From assembly GCF_004010195.1 (NCBI RefSeq), contig NC_057748.1:16457829-16521828 (forward strand): a stretch of 64,000 nt of DNA, read 5' to 3'. This stretch comes from Chiloscyllium plagiosum (Eukaryota). Position numbers and translations under genes: made by a program. Of this stretch, positions 50,630 through 63,228 are shown piece after piece. A model generated the notes under the pieces. It worked only from the letters and a program-made list of their open reading frames with translations, was not told the DNA's origin and did no database searches. Position 1 is the stretch's first letter. Each line of letters starts with the position of its first letter.

Positions 50630-50975
50630 CAGTCATAGATTCACGCCAGTCCACGCTGAACATAATCCCAAACTAAACTAGTCCCACCTGCCTGCTCCTG
50701 GTCCATATTTCTCCAAACCTTTCCTCAACAAGTACTTATCCAAATGTCTTTTAAATGTTGTAGTTGGGTCCACATCCACCACGTCTTCAGGAGGTTCATC
50801 CCACATGCAAACTATCTTCTGTTTGAAGAATTTGCCTCTCACGTCTTTTTCAAATCTCTTTCCTCTCACCTTAAAAATGTGCATCTTAGTCTTGAAATCC
50901 TCATCCTAAGGAAAAGACAACTCCCATTAACCCTATCTACACCCCTCATGATTTTATAAACTTCTATAAGATCAC
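50630..50975 (-). mobile_element. CR1 LINE 3' fragment in intron 5
   Basis: DLIEVYKIMRG..FKRHLD. Confidence 0.75.
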
Positions 50976-53320
50976 ATTGTGCCTGGTTCAATTCAACAAA
51001 ATGAGAGACAGCCATTCTCTTCTTCATTTCTCTGGACAGTGTATTAACAATCAGAGTCAACCTACTTGGTTTAAAATTGGAAACAAAAACAGAAGTTGCT
51101 GGAAAAGCTCAGCAGGTCTGGCAGCACCTGTGAACAGAAATCAGAGTGAACATTTGAGTCCGATGACCCTTCCTCAGTTCAGTTTAGGGGAACTTCAGAG
51201 GTGATTTCCAGTCTGTGAAACTTCAAAACCAGACAATTTGAGTTAGAAATCTTCAAGTTGTTTGCATTGAGACAGTTTAGGTCATCGAAATTGTGAAAGG
51301 TTCATGCCCTCAGACTCTGAAAGAAACCTGAAAATTCTAGAAAAAGTAACCGGAAAACTTCAGTAAAGTAAAGATTAAAGAAACTGAGCTGGGGTGATAT
51401 TTCTCTTGGATTAAGTCTCTAATGAATGGTGTTGGGAGAAAGGTTGAACACTTTGTGTTGATATTTATGTTAAGATCTTTCTCTGTCTTTTATATATTGG
51501 TTTGTTTGTTCACTTTACTTTGTGTAATAAACTTATGTTCAGTTGTCAAAGAACATCATATGAATATATTTCAATGACTAAACATTTCTAATAACTTTCA
51601 AAAAATTAAATATATAATCTATTGAGCTACTTTTCATTCTGAAATTGGGTTGGAATCATGCCAGATCCACCTGATTCAAATATGTGCAAGATGTTGACCC
51701 ATACATTTGAACCAGGAGTGCCTGGCTAGTGGTTTGAATACTGTGGAATTTATTGGGCAAGTTACGACAAAGTTGAAAGCTCACTCTGATGCAGTTCCAG
51801 GTTGGATTTATGGATTGTTTCTCTTTACAGTGTGAGATCATGTTTCTTTAAGAACTTTAGAAAAATAAAATGTTTTATTTTCTGATACCTGAATCATTAA
51901 GTCACCTCAGCAATAGGTTGTTTTTCCAAAGTAGTTTTTAATAAACAGAAAAACACCTCCACATTGAAGTAGAAGAGTTAAAGGAAGAACAGCAGAAACT
52001 GAGTTTCCAAACAAATGGGTTTTGGTAAGATCTTTAAAAATGGGGAGAGGAGTAATGTGACGCAGAAGTTTAAGGATGAGTCAAATAAAGGATGCTGGTG
52101 GTTCTGTTGTCGATGATGGAACATTTAGAGAACGATGTAGAGGAAGCAGATGGCATGTCTGGAAGGTATAGCTGGAGAAGGCTATAAAGTAGGGGTGACC
52201 ATGGGAGGCATTGTGGGCAGAGTATTTAACGTCAGTGAATTCAGAGCAGGGCAGTTATTGAAGATCAATGAGGACAAGAGCTATGGGCAGAGGAGTAGAG
52301 GCGGCAAGACTATGGGCAGCAGAAGCTGGGGAATAGAGATGCTGAGGGAGAAAGCCTGGGAGATTTGGATGAGTTCAGTGCCAAAAGAGAAGCCATCATG
52401 CATGTTTAAGCAACCATGAAAATTCTTATAGCCTTCTCTTATTATTGATATGATCCCAGTTGATGTAATATTGGACAACACAGATCCCAGAATGCAACGT
52501 GGCTTGATAGATAAGTTTACTCTTTGCAGTTGGTTATTGACTACAGGTACTCAGTTCCTCAGAAGTATGTCTGCTGCCTCAACTCTTTCATTGCTTACTT
52601 AGCTGACTCTTTTTTTCCATCCTGGACTGTTGAAATTATTTTAAGACCAATTTCTAGCTCTTATAACCCAGAACCCCGTTCAGTGTCTGCACAAACTCTC
52701 AAAGCTTGGAGACTTCACAAACCAAAGCCCTTGTGCTAAGGGGAAAACTGCTTGGTTGAACTGAAAGACAGGATATAATTGTGCCAGCATGAAACTGTAA
52801 CCTGATTTTTCTGAATTCGATTCAGATTAAACCATCAGTCACTTCTGATTTTGTTTGCTGACTCTCATAAACTCAGTAGTATAAACATTTCATCAGTTAA
52901 GAACACAGATATCTGATCACTAAGTGATTTGCATTCTTGGTAAACATGCATTGAAGTCACTTTTCTGAATAACCTTTTAAAAAGAAAAGTTACTTTTTGC
53001 AGAGCTGTTGCCAAAGCCAAGATCTGTTTTAAAAAGTAAGACCATTAATAATGGAGTAGACATAGGTCATTCAGCCCATTAAGTCTGCTGTGCCATTCAG
53101 TGAGGTCGTGACTGGTCTGATTATCCTCAACTCAACTTTCTTGCCTTGGAGTCATGAACACAGCCCAGCACACAAACCAGCCTTCCATTCATTGATTCCA
53201 TCTATACTTCCCGAAACCTCAGGAAAACAACCAAAATAATCAAAGACCCCTCCCACTATGGTTATATTCTCTTCCCGCTGGGGTGTGCTTCTGTTAATTT
53301 TCTGTGTTTGCTTTCTTTAG

Positions 53321-53415
53321 ACAGAAGAAGCCATATTCAGGATGACCAAGGTGCTATTGAAACTGAACCATTTACCAAAAATTTAGAAGACCATAAAGGA
53401 GAGACTGAAACGTGA
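53321..53415 (+). CDS. ICOSLG: B7-family gene exon 6, cytoplasmic tail and stop (N-RRSHIQDDQGAIETEPFTKNLEDHKGETET*)
   Basis: Strong acceptor TTTTCTGTGTTTGCTTTCTTTAG. Open in phase 1 to TGA at 53413-53415, in non-repeat sequence followed by AT-rich UTR-like DNA. Confidence 0.65.
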
Positions 53416-55786
53416 ATTACTCTGTTGCCACTGAATGTAACTGTTATAATATGTTCTTTGTACGTCTTTGGATTATTTGTATATGTCTCATTTGACTGCT
53501 TACGGTGATCACATTGTCAATAGTGACTCGAAAATGGCGAAAAATGCTCTGAAGTCCACGCCTGTAAATGATACTTTGCTATCAATTGTGCAACACTTTC
53601 TTTTCCTTTTTCTCCTCTCCGAAGCTGAAATGTTGGGCAGTTTGCTCAGGTATTGTATCGAAGTATTACAATCAGTGAGAGGCTTGGAACGACAGAGGAG
53701 CAGAAAGATGCAGAGAGGACATGTACAGAAATTGCTAAAAGTGGGCTGACACTTATGATCATGAATTAAAAAGCTGCTGGAGCAAGCCTTTAGCTGAAGA
53801 GGGCTGAAATACAGATGTTATGTTGCTGACATAGTTAGACTCAATTCTTTTCCTTAATTCTTTGTTAAGATATGGGCATCGCTGACAAAGCCAGCATTTG
53901 CTGCCGTTTCCAGTTACATTGGAACTGAATGGTTTGCTGGGCCGTTTCAGAGGGAAATAAAGAGTCAACCACATTATGGTGGATCTGGAGTCACATGTAG
54001 GTCAGACCAGCTAAGATTGGCAAATTCCCCTCTCCGAAGGTGAACTAATGGGTTTCTAAAGCAATGAATGATGGCATGATTGGTGCACTATTATAGTCTC
54101 AGTAATGGGAAACATTAAACGTGTTCAAGTTGGGGCAATGTGCCTCAGGAAACCGATATTACCTTTGGAGGGCTGCAGTGAGTATTTACCAGGATGACAT
54201 GAGGGGGAAAAGGGTTAAGCATTGAAATCAGAATGCACAGATTAAGCTTGTAGTTCTTTGATCAAAATGTGATGTTCAGAAGAGGAATAAAATTAATAGG
54301 ACAGAAAGAAAGGTAATTTCCTCTGAGGGAGGGGTGGGGGTTGGAGGGAGTGGAGTCCAGGACGAAGGGGCTTACTCTTAAAAATTAGATTCAGACTATT
54401 CAAACTAATCTGGAGAAATACTTCTTCATACAAAAACACACTGGAAATCTAGAACACTCCCTACTGATGCTGAAGAGCAAATTGAAAAATTTCATTTTGA
54501 AGATGTATTGTCTGAAATATTAATTGAGGATATTATTGACTGAACCTATATCGGATATTTTTTTGTAAAGAATCCTTTGCAGAGCTAACAGCAGGCAAAA
54601 GTATTGCATTTAGAAAGGACACTACTTCTTGATTGGAATGTTTGAGTCTAATAATTTCAGAGAAAGTTCACATGATTGAGTTGATGGATGAAATAAATCT
54701 ATTGGATATGAACACAGACAATCAGAGGGCTCTCTTCTCTGGAGCAACAGCCTTTGCTGTCTCTGTCTTCTTTGCAGTTTTGGAAACCTCTCGTTACAAA
54801 GGTTGTGAGCTGAAAAACTGTCTGGAAGGCCTCGCCGCTACAAGTAGAGAGTTCCTTCACAGAAAGATCTTCATTGCCATAACACAAGTGTTCATAAAGG
54901 AGAATCTGGTGTGGGGCAGAAAGACTAAATGAATTATCCGACCCGCAGGTACACTTCCAGCATCAAAAAGGTTATTGTTTTACACTGGAGAGAACCTCTG
55001 GCAGTCCAGGATCTTCTCCACTGAACATAGAGAAAGTTACCATTATTTATATTTTTACTTTTAGCCTGCCTTTAGCTGGTAAAAACCAATCATACTATTA
55101 ATTGATTATATACACATTAATCAGATTAATCATGTGACTGCATGATCGATCCACAACACCTTTGGGTCATCTTATGATGTTCACCAGACCCTCCTATCAC
55201 TTATCCTTGAGCCTTCACAATACATTTTACTCAACCACATTCCAGGCGTTAGCTCCTGCATCAGTGACTCAATACTCCCCTGCTAATTGCAAGGGTGTCT
55301 CCTGTCTGCCTTAGACTGAATGTCCATGGGCATGCAGTTAAATTCCTTAATACCTGCACACTTAAAACTCCATGTTTTATATATAACTTGTGGCTACGAT
55401 TACTTGGGGGTCAAACCCTACCCTTCTATCCAATAATCAGTACCATACTTTTGTCCAGCCTGGTTTGGAGACTTCTCTCAGTATTTCTCAAGGATGTTCA
55501 TTTTCAAACTGTCTCTATACATGCAGCTATTGTATTTTTACTTCTTATTCAACAGGACTCTTCTGTATGCATTTCACAAGACCCTTTGTGTACAATTAAA
55601 CTGTTACATTGGATGTGCTTCTTCTATGAAGTCTACAATTGCTCTCGCTTATAGTTTAACTTCAAACATCTGACTATGGAAGCTCCTGTTTCAGCTAAAA
55701 ATCTTCATCAGCCTATTTATGTCACTGAAGACCACTTTCAGCTATTTCATGCTGAGTCAGCCATAGGCAGCCCTAACTCTAAAATC

Positions 55787-56620
55787 AGAACAAAACGACG
55801 GTTGGAGGAAGAACGCCTCATCTTCCGGCTAGGAACCCTCCAACCACAAGGGATGAACTCGGATTTCACNNNNNNNNNNNNNNNNNNNNNNNNNNNNNNN
55901 NNNNNNNNNNNNNNNNNNNNNNNNNNNNNNNNNNNNNNNNNNNNNNNNNNNNNNNNNNNNNNNNNNNNNNNNNNNNNNNNNNNNNNNNNNNNNNNNNNNN
56001 NNNNNNNNNNNNNNNNNNNNNNNNNNNNNNNNNNNNNNNNNNNNNNNNNNNNNNNNNNNNNNNNNNNNNNNNNNNNNNNNNNNNNNNNNNNNNNNNNNNN
56101 NNNNNNNNNNNNNNNNNNNNNNNNNNNNNNNNNNNNNNNNNNNNNNNNNNNNNNNNNNNNNNNNNNNNNNNNNNNNNNNNNNNNNNNNNNNNNNNNNNNN
56201 NNNNNNNNNNNNNNNNNNNNNNNNNNNNNNNNNNNNNNNNNNNNNNNNNNNNNNNNNNNNNNNNNNNNNNNNNNNNNNNNNNNNNNNNNNNNNNNNNNNN
56301 NNNNNNNNNNNNNNNNNNNNNNNNNNNNNNNNNNNNNNNNNNNNNNNNNNNNNNNNNNNNNNNNNNNNNNNNNNNNNNNNNNNNNNNNNNNNNNNNNNNN
56401 NNNNNNNNNNNNNNNNNNNNNCGCAGCAGGTCAGGCAGCATCCAAGGAGCAGGAGAATCGACGTTTCAGGCATAAGCCCTTCTTCAGGAATGCCCTGAAG
56501 AAGGGCTTATGCCCGAAACGTCGATTCTCCTGTTCCCTGGATGCTGCCTGACCTGCTGCGCTTTTCCAGCAACACATTTCCAGCTCTGATCTCCAGCATC
56601 TGCAGACATCACTTTCTCCT
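55787..56620 (+). mobile_element. 5'-truncated Penelope-like element spanning the gap, with GIY-YIG endonuclease C-terminus
   Basis: RRLEEERLIFRLGTLQPQGMNSDF is typical of the end of Penelope ORFs. 15-bp TSD CCTAACTCTAAAATC (55772-55786 / 56621-56635). Back-to-back hammerhead cores at ~56459-56523. Confidence 0.85.
55870..56421. other. Assembly gap (N run)
   Basis: N run. Confidence 1.
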
Positions 56621-57518
56621 CCTAACTCTAAAATCGACCACTGCTGTCTCCAGATAATAAAATCCAGCCATACCCAATCCAGGAAGAAATCTCACTGCCA
56701 CAGTTTATGCGCAAAGTGACTTCAACTACAGCCCAACAATTGGACAATGTCTTTTTGTGAATGTTGCTGGATTTGATCAAAGAAACTTTAAGATAATGCA
56801 CTGCAGAGTTTTTTTTTTATTCCCAGACTTGGAGGTTGTGCGTTAGATCTCATGGATATTTGTATATATTTTTGCAGATGAAATCTTTTTGTCTTTGCAT
56901 CTTTCCTTGATTAGGTTTTGATTTCAATAACCCAGTTCTGTATTTGTTTCTGAAAGAACTTGGCTGATTTGTTTCCGACGTGGAAATATTTGCAGACTGT
57001 TTATATATAATTGAAATATTACCTGTCTTTTTAAGTTCAAACCTTGTTGCGACCAGCATAGGAGTGAGTTAGGGATAGGGATCATTCATCCATCCTATCT
57101 TGTGAGTAGCAGTTTGAAAATTATGGTTGATAGGTTTTTGTTGGGTAAGTTTATGGTTTACAGGACCAAGGTTGTCAGATAAAGAAAAAAATCAGTCATA
57201 ATCTCATCAAGTAGCTTCATAGTCTTGAGTGACAGAGTACACCAATAACAGTATCTATATAGTGTCTTCTGATGTAATACAATTGTGCTATAAACTTTGT
57301 CATGGTCATGGGTTTTAAGAAGTATCTTAAATGGGGAAAGAGGTCGGAGCAGCAGTGATGTATAAGGAAGGGATTTCGGAGATAATTGTAGGCACAATTA
57401 TCAATAATGGAGTTCTCAAAGCCAATACTGCTCAAAAGACCAGAATCAGATATTTCAGAGGCTGGTGGAATTACAGGGAGAGTTTTAAAATTGGGGTATT
57501 ACTTGACTGGGAACTTTG

Positions 57519-57828
57519 GGCAGCACGGTGGCTCAGTGGGTAGCACTGCTGCCTCACAGTGCCAGGGACCCGGGTTCAATTCCCGCCTTGGGCAACTGTC
57601 TGTGTGGAGTTTCCACATTCTCCCCGTGTCTGTGTGGGTTTCCTCCGGGTGCTCCGGTTTCCTCCCACAATCCAAAGATGTGCAGGTCAGGTGAATTGGC
57701 CTTGCTAAATTGTCTGTAGTGTTAGGTGCCTTAGTCAGGGGTAAATGTAGGAGAATGGTTCTGGGTGGGTTGCTCTTGTTGGGCTGAAGGGCCTGTTTCC
57801 ACACTGTATGGAAACTAATCTAATCTAA
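57519..57828 (+). mobile_element. HE1-type V-SINE, full length
   Basis: tRNA-like head with A box (GGTGGCTCAGTGG) and B box (GGTTCAATTCC). V-domain TGTGTGGAGTTT..GTGGGTTTCCTCCGGGTGCTCCGGTTTCCTCCCAC. CR1-like tail ending in (CTAAT)n. Confidence 0.88.
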
Positions 57829-58386
57829 TGTGGGCGAGCGAACATAGATTTAATGGATGAGTAGAACTCAATGCAGGAAGGATAAGTTAGCCGAGGTTTG
57901 GACAACTTTACATTTTGGGAAGCTACAACTTTGACGGCCAGCAGAGAAAACGTTTATTCAAAGCATGGATGAGGGTTTCAGCAGCGGATGAGCTTAGGCA
58001 GAGTTGGAATTGGAAATAGGTGGCTTTAATGATGCTGTTGTCTCAGAGTCAAATGTAACACCAAGGCTCTGATGACCTTTTCTTCATTCCAAGTAGCTCA
58101 AGTGTGATGTGTGGCTATTGGACTGACTATTCAACTATTGAGGCCTTGACAGCTGGGAAAACAAGCTTCTCACCTAGTGTCCACAAACAGCGGGGCAAGG
58201 TAGCTGGTTCTTTCCCCAGTGGAGATACATTGAGGTCACTAGACCTTGTTGAACTCAGTGCAAATGTGAATGGGTCATAGCCTTCCAATTTGAGGGGTAA
58301 ATGTGTACACTTCGAATATTCATTGTAAATGTGTCATAGTGTGTTTTGTACTTGTAATTTGTGTGTCTGATAAGATTTTTGTTTAG

Positions 58387-59412
58387 ACAATAGGTGCAGG
58401 AGTAGGCCATTCTGCCCTTCGAGCCTGCACCACCATTCAATGTGATCATGGCTGATCCTCCTTAATCAGTATCCTGTTCCTGCCTTATTTCCATAACCCT
58501 TGATTCCACTATCCTTGAGAGCTCTATCCAACTCTTTCTTAAAAGAATCCAGAGACTGGGCCTCTACTGCCCTCTGGGGCAGAGCATTCCACACAGCCAC
58601 CACTCTCTGGGTGAAGAAGTTTCTCCTCATCTCTGTCCTAAATGGTCTACCCCGTATTTTTAAGCTGTGTCCTCTGGTTCGGCACTCACCCTTTAATAAT
58701 CCTTTAATAATCTTATATGTCTCAATCAGATCCCCTCTCAGTCTTCTAAACTCAAGGGTACACAAGCCCAGTCGCTCCAGTCTTTCAGTGTAAGGTAATC
58801 CCGCCATTCCAGGAATTGACCTCGTGAACCTACGCTGCATTCCCTCAATAGCCAGAATGTCTCACCTCAAATTTGGAGACCAGAACTGCACACAGTACTC
58901 CAGGTGTGGTCTCACCAGGGCCCTGTACAGCTGCAGAAGAACCTCTTTGCTTCTATACTCAATCCCTCTTGTTATGAAGGCAGCATGCTATTAGCCTTCT
59001 TCACTTCCTGCTGTACCTGCATGCTTGCCTTTATTGACTGGTGTACAAGAACACCCATATCTCTCTGTACTGCCCCTTTACATACATTGATTCCATTGTG
59101 GTAGTAGTCTGCCTTCCTGTTCTTGCTACCAAAGTGGATAACCATACATTTATCCACATTAAACTGCATCTGCCATGCATCTGCCCACTCACTTAACTTG
59201 TCCAGGTCACCCTGTAATCTCCTAACATCCTCATCACATTTCACCCTGCCACCCAGCTTTGTATCATCAGCAAATTTGCTAATGTTATTACTAATACCAT
59301 CTTCTATATCATTAACATATATTGTAAAAAGCTGCGGTCCCAGTACTGATCCCTGCGGTACCCCACTGGTCACTGCCTGCCATTCCGAAATGGAGCCGTT
59401 TATCACTACTCT
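58387..59412 (-). mobile_element. CR1-type LINE 3' portion (different subfamily)
   Basis: [54 protein letters not shown]. Confidence 0.9.
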
Positions 59413-60874
59413 CATTTGTTCACTCTCATGGAATAGGACAGGTCAACAAATATGAAAACGTTCAATGTTATTGGATTTAGTCGGGTAGAAATGGGACAGT
59501 GTGGACCAGTGAGGGATGCTGTGTCAGATCAGTGAAGATTGGCTTCAACACGGCACTGTCCAATGATCAGATATTGCTGGGTTGTAAGCTTCACCTTCCA
59601 TCCTGTTGGACCACTTGTCTATTTTGTGGCATGATGAGGCTACTAGGAAATTGACTATAATTAATGAACAGTGATGCTCTTTTACCTGAGGCAGAGTCCT
59701 ATCAGTAATAATTACCTGCCTGTCAGTGCTGTGACATTTAGGCAGATGGAGAGGCAATTAGCAAGCAATTCTATTTGAGAGGGTAAGATTTGTCAGTGGG
59801 AGTATGGCTGTGTGTGAACTTCAGGAAGTGGAAGCAGAATAAGAGGTCACATCTAGACTCAGTCGCAGTACTTTAAAGGACGGAATTGGCAATTCTGAGG
59901 AGGTGAACGGGCAAATGCTTGCAATTGTTCCATTGTCAGCCTCAGCCAAATCCACCAGATAATGATGAATGTTCAGAATTGGCTGCCAGATCCATCAGTT
60001 GTTAAATGGGACAGGTGCGTGTGTGGGGGCAGGAGTCAGTTTTTCTCATAACCATGAGAGGAGTAAATGTTTCGTGACACCCCAACTTTGAAAGTGGCTG
60101 TGGGTAATGAGCAGATCTTGACAGAACAATAGCTTGGGAGGAAGGGGGAATGGTAAAATGAACTAAAATGTAACCTTGCTGAGTCACAATGTTGTCATTT
60201 CTTGCTAGGTGACCAATTTGCTCTCAGTTCTGCTCAAATCGCTAAACCTCAATCTAGACTTAATGGTCAAAATTGGTCAGGCTAGATCCCAGAGTTTCAA
60301 TGAGTGTGATGCTGCCATGTTGGACCATGTAGTCCTCCATTCACCTTGGCAACACATGGCACTCGCAATGGGTTGAGATGATGCCCTCTGGCTCTTCTGT
60401 GCCCTCAGGGTCCTTGCTGCTCCAATTGGATATCACTTCCAGAGGCAGCTTCTTAACTGGTCTCTTTTGGCAAGCTTTCCTGCCTGCCCATGTCTGAGTT
60501 CATAACCAGGAAATCAGCCCAATGTTAAATGTGGCTCAAATAGGAAAATTCAGCCCCTAGAGTCAAATCCGGCATGTTCTGAGCCCGTGGAGAAAACTGG
60601 GAAAATTCATTCACTTAAGTTTCTAAATTATTTGAATGTTGCAGTAAAATACTGAGGCATTAATTATTGATGCAATATTTGAGAAGTTGCTAGCACGTGT
60701 AAGTGATACAGATTTACTTTGCCCTCGTGTGAGGAATCATCTCTCACTGGGTTGATGGGTGGGGGAAAGGTCCGCTGTACCAAATTTCCACACTTGTTAC
60801 ACTGGCCTAGATTTCCTTGAGATTCCAAGTTAGTAAGACTCAGCCTGTGTATATAGGCCTAGGCCTGCATCATG

Positions 60875-61163
60875 GAAACCTATAGTGCAGAACACATGCC
60901 TTTCTGTCCATTAGGTCTGCACTGTCCCATCCTCTCCCTGTAACCCCACATTTACTCTGGCTAATCCTAACCTACATATCCCTGGCAATTTAGCATAGCT
61001 AAGCCACCTATCCTGCATATATTTGGTGGGAAACAAGAGCACCTGGCAGAAACCTACGCAGACAAAGGGAGAATGCGCAAACTCCACACAGTCATCTGAA
61101 GCTGGAATCAAACTTGGGTCTCCGGCGCTGTGAAGCAGCAGTGCTAACCATTGAGCCACCATG
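60875..61163 (-). mobile_element. HE1-type V-SINE
   Basis: V-domain and tRNA head on the - strand. Confidence 0.72.
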
Positions 61164-62824
61164 AATTAGGCAATGGCGCAGTGTAGGAGTGAAGCAGTTA
61201 GTGACACTGTTAGTGCCCAGCCTCTTCTTTTCCTGGGTATGTTTACCGTCAGTGTAGGTCTCCATTAAAAAGAATCTGGTAACTGCAAAATAACTGAGGG
61301 TGGGGCGGGGGCGGAGAAGAAACATACCAATTTATACACCACTAAAGGCACTGCACAGGAGCATTGTCAAACAAAGTTTGACACCAAGCCACACAAGGAG
61401 CTTTTGAGACAGATGACCAGAGGTAGGTTTTAAGGAACATTTTAAAGGAGGGTGGAGTTCCTGTGAGGTGGAGTTCGAGAGTTTAGGGCCCTGGCAAGTG
61501 AAACCTCAGCCAAGAATGGTCAAACAATGGAAATCAGGGATGTGCAAGAGGCCAGAGTTGTAGGACTCCAATTTTTCAGAGGTTTGATGGGCTGATTCCA
61601 GGGATAGGGAGGGACAAGACCTGGAGGGGATCTAAAAATGATAATGAGAGTTTTAAAATTGAGCCATCGCCAGACCAGGAACTAGTGTCTGTCAAAAACA
61701 TGAGGTAAGTTTGCATGTTTAATTTTGAGACTCATTCACTGGGTATTCAGATTACTGATCTCCGTCAGCTTCAGGAATCAGCAGATTCCTGGCTTCAGGA
61801 ATCAGCAGATTTTTTGACAGTGTAACATTCAAAGAGGTGGTTCTGTACTTGTCATTTCCATAATCCGACGCAAATAACTCATTGGGAGGTGAAATTTCAG
61901 TTGCTATTCCTTTTTGGTTGCACAGACTCAAATTCAAATCTTTCCTCTTGATGAATGCGAAATTTCAGAGCTGTTGTCACTTTCAAGGATTGAAAAAAAA
62001 AATTAAATGCAAAATAAGAGTCTATTTCCATGCTGTATGACTATAAGTGCACTCAGTGTCATGGGCTATTTCTGACTTGGGACCCAATGCCATCTACAGG
62101 TGATATTCAATTTCACATCCTGTAATATGTACTGATTGACATTGCTCATGTCATGAGTATGGTTTGTTCTGACTTAAAGATAACTAACTTCCTGGATAAA
62201 TGGAAATCAGGGATGTGCAAGAGGCCGGAGTTGTAGGACTCCAATGTTTCAGAGGTTTGAAGGAACAAAAAACTCTCATTACAGATTACCCAGCAACATA
62301 CTTACTGTTAAACTTTAAATGTCAGTATAACATTTCTAATGACTACATGAGGTATTTTGCAATTTTTGTCATTTCATAGCTGGACATCACAACTAGTTAT
62401 TTAATCATTATTCCCTCAGCTACTTTCTTGCCATGTAATTCCCCTCAGCTAAAAAGGAGATCATAAGTCTTAAACTGATCTGGAGGATGACAGTAGCAAA
62501 GTGGTCTAGAGATATGGGTTTAAATTCAAATAATTAATAAACCTACAACTGATAACTAATCTCTCTAATGCTGACCAGAGAACTGTCATTTATTACTGTT
62601 AGAAACCCATCTGATCCCGTTCAGGGAAAGGAAATTTGCTTACTTGGCTGCATGTTAACTATCCTCTGAAATGGCTTGGTAAGCCACTCAATTCAGGCCT
62701 AATAAGGAGGGGCAATTAGAATTAGGTTTACTGTCACATGTACTCAAATGAGTGCAGAGGAAAGTTCACAAGTCATCACTTATGGTGCCATCAAAGGTAC
62801 AACGACACCTAGGTACAGATTCTT

Positions 62825-63228
62825 AAATTAATGGTAGGACCCTGGGAGTGCTGTTGAACAGAACGGCCTAGGGGTGCAAGTCCAAAGTTTCTTGAAATTG
62901 GCAACACAGATAGACAGGGTGGTAAAGAAGGCGTATGGCATGCTTGCCTTCATTGGTCAGAGCACTGAGTACAGGAGTTGGAACATAATGTTACGTAGAT
63001 AATGGTAAGGCTACTTTTGGAGTACTGCATATAATTCTAGTCACCCTAGTATAAGGAAGGATGCTGTTAAACTGGAAAGGGTGCAAAAAAGATTTACAAG
63101 GATGTTACCTGAACTGGCAGGTTTGAGTTATAAGGAGAGGCTGAATAGGCTGGACCTTTTTTTTCCCCTTGAGTGTAGGAGGCTAAAAGGTGACCTCAGA
63201 GTTTTGTGAGGGGCATAGATAGGGTGAA
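62825..63228 (+). mobile_element. CR1 ORF2 fragment
   Basis: Similar to 38715-39120 (LGVQV..VDRVVKKAYGML..LERVQK). Confidence 0.75.

Noticed and set aside
55676-56551. Long ORFs of 191-291 aa
   Set aside because: They span the N gap; only the short Penelope endonuclease tail is real.
57519-57590. tRNA gene
   Set aside because: tRNA-derived SINE head continuing into the V-domain; the same applies to all HE1 copies.
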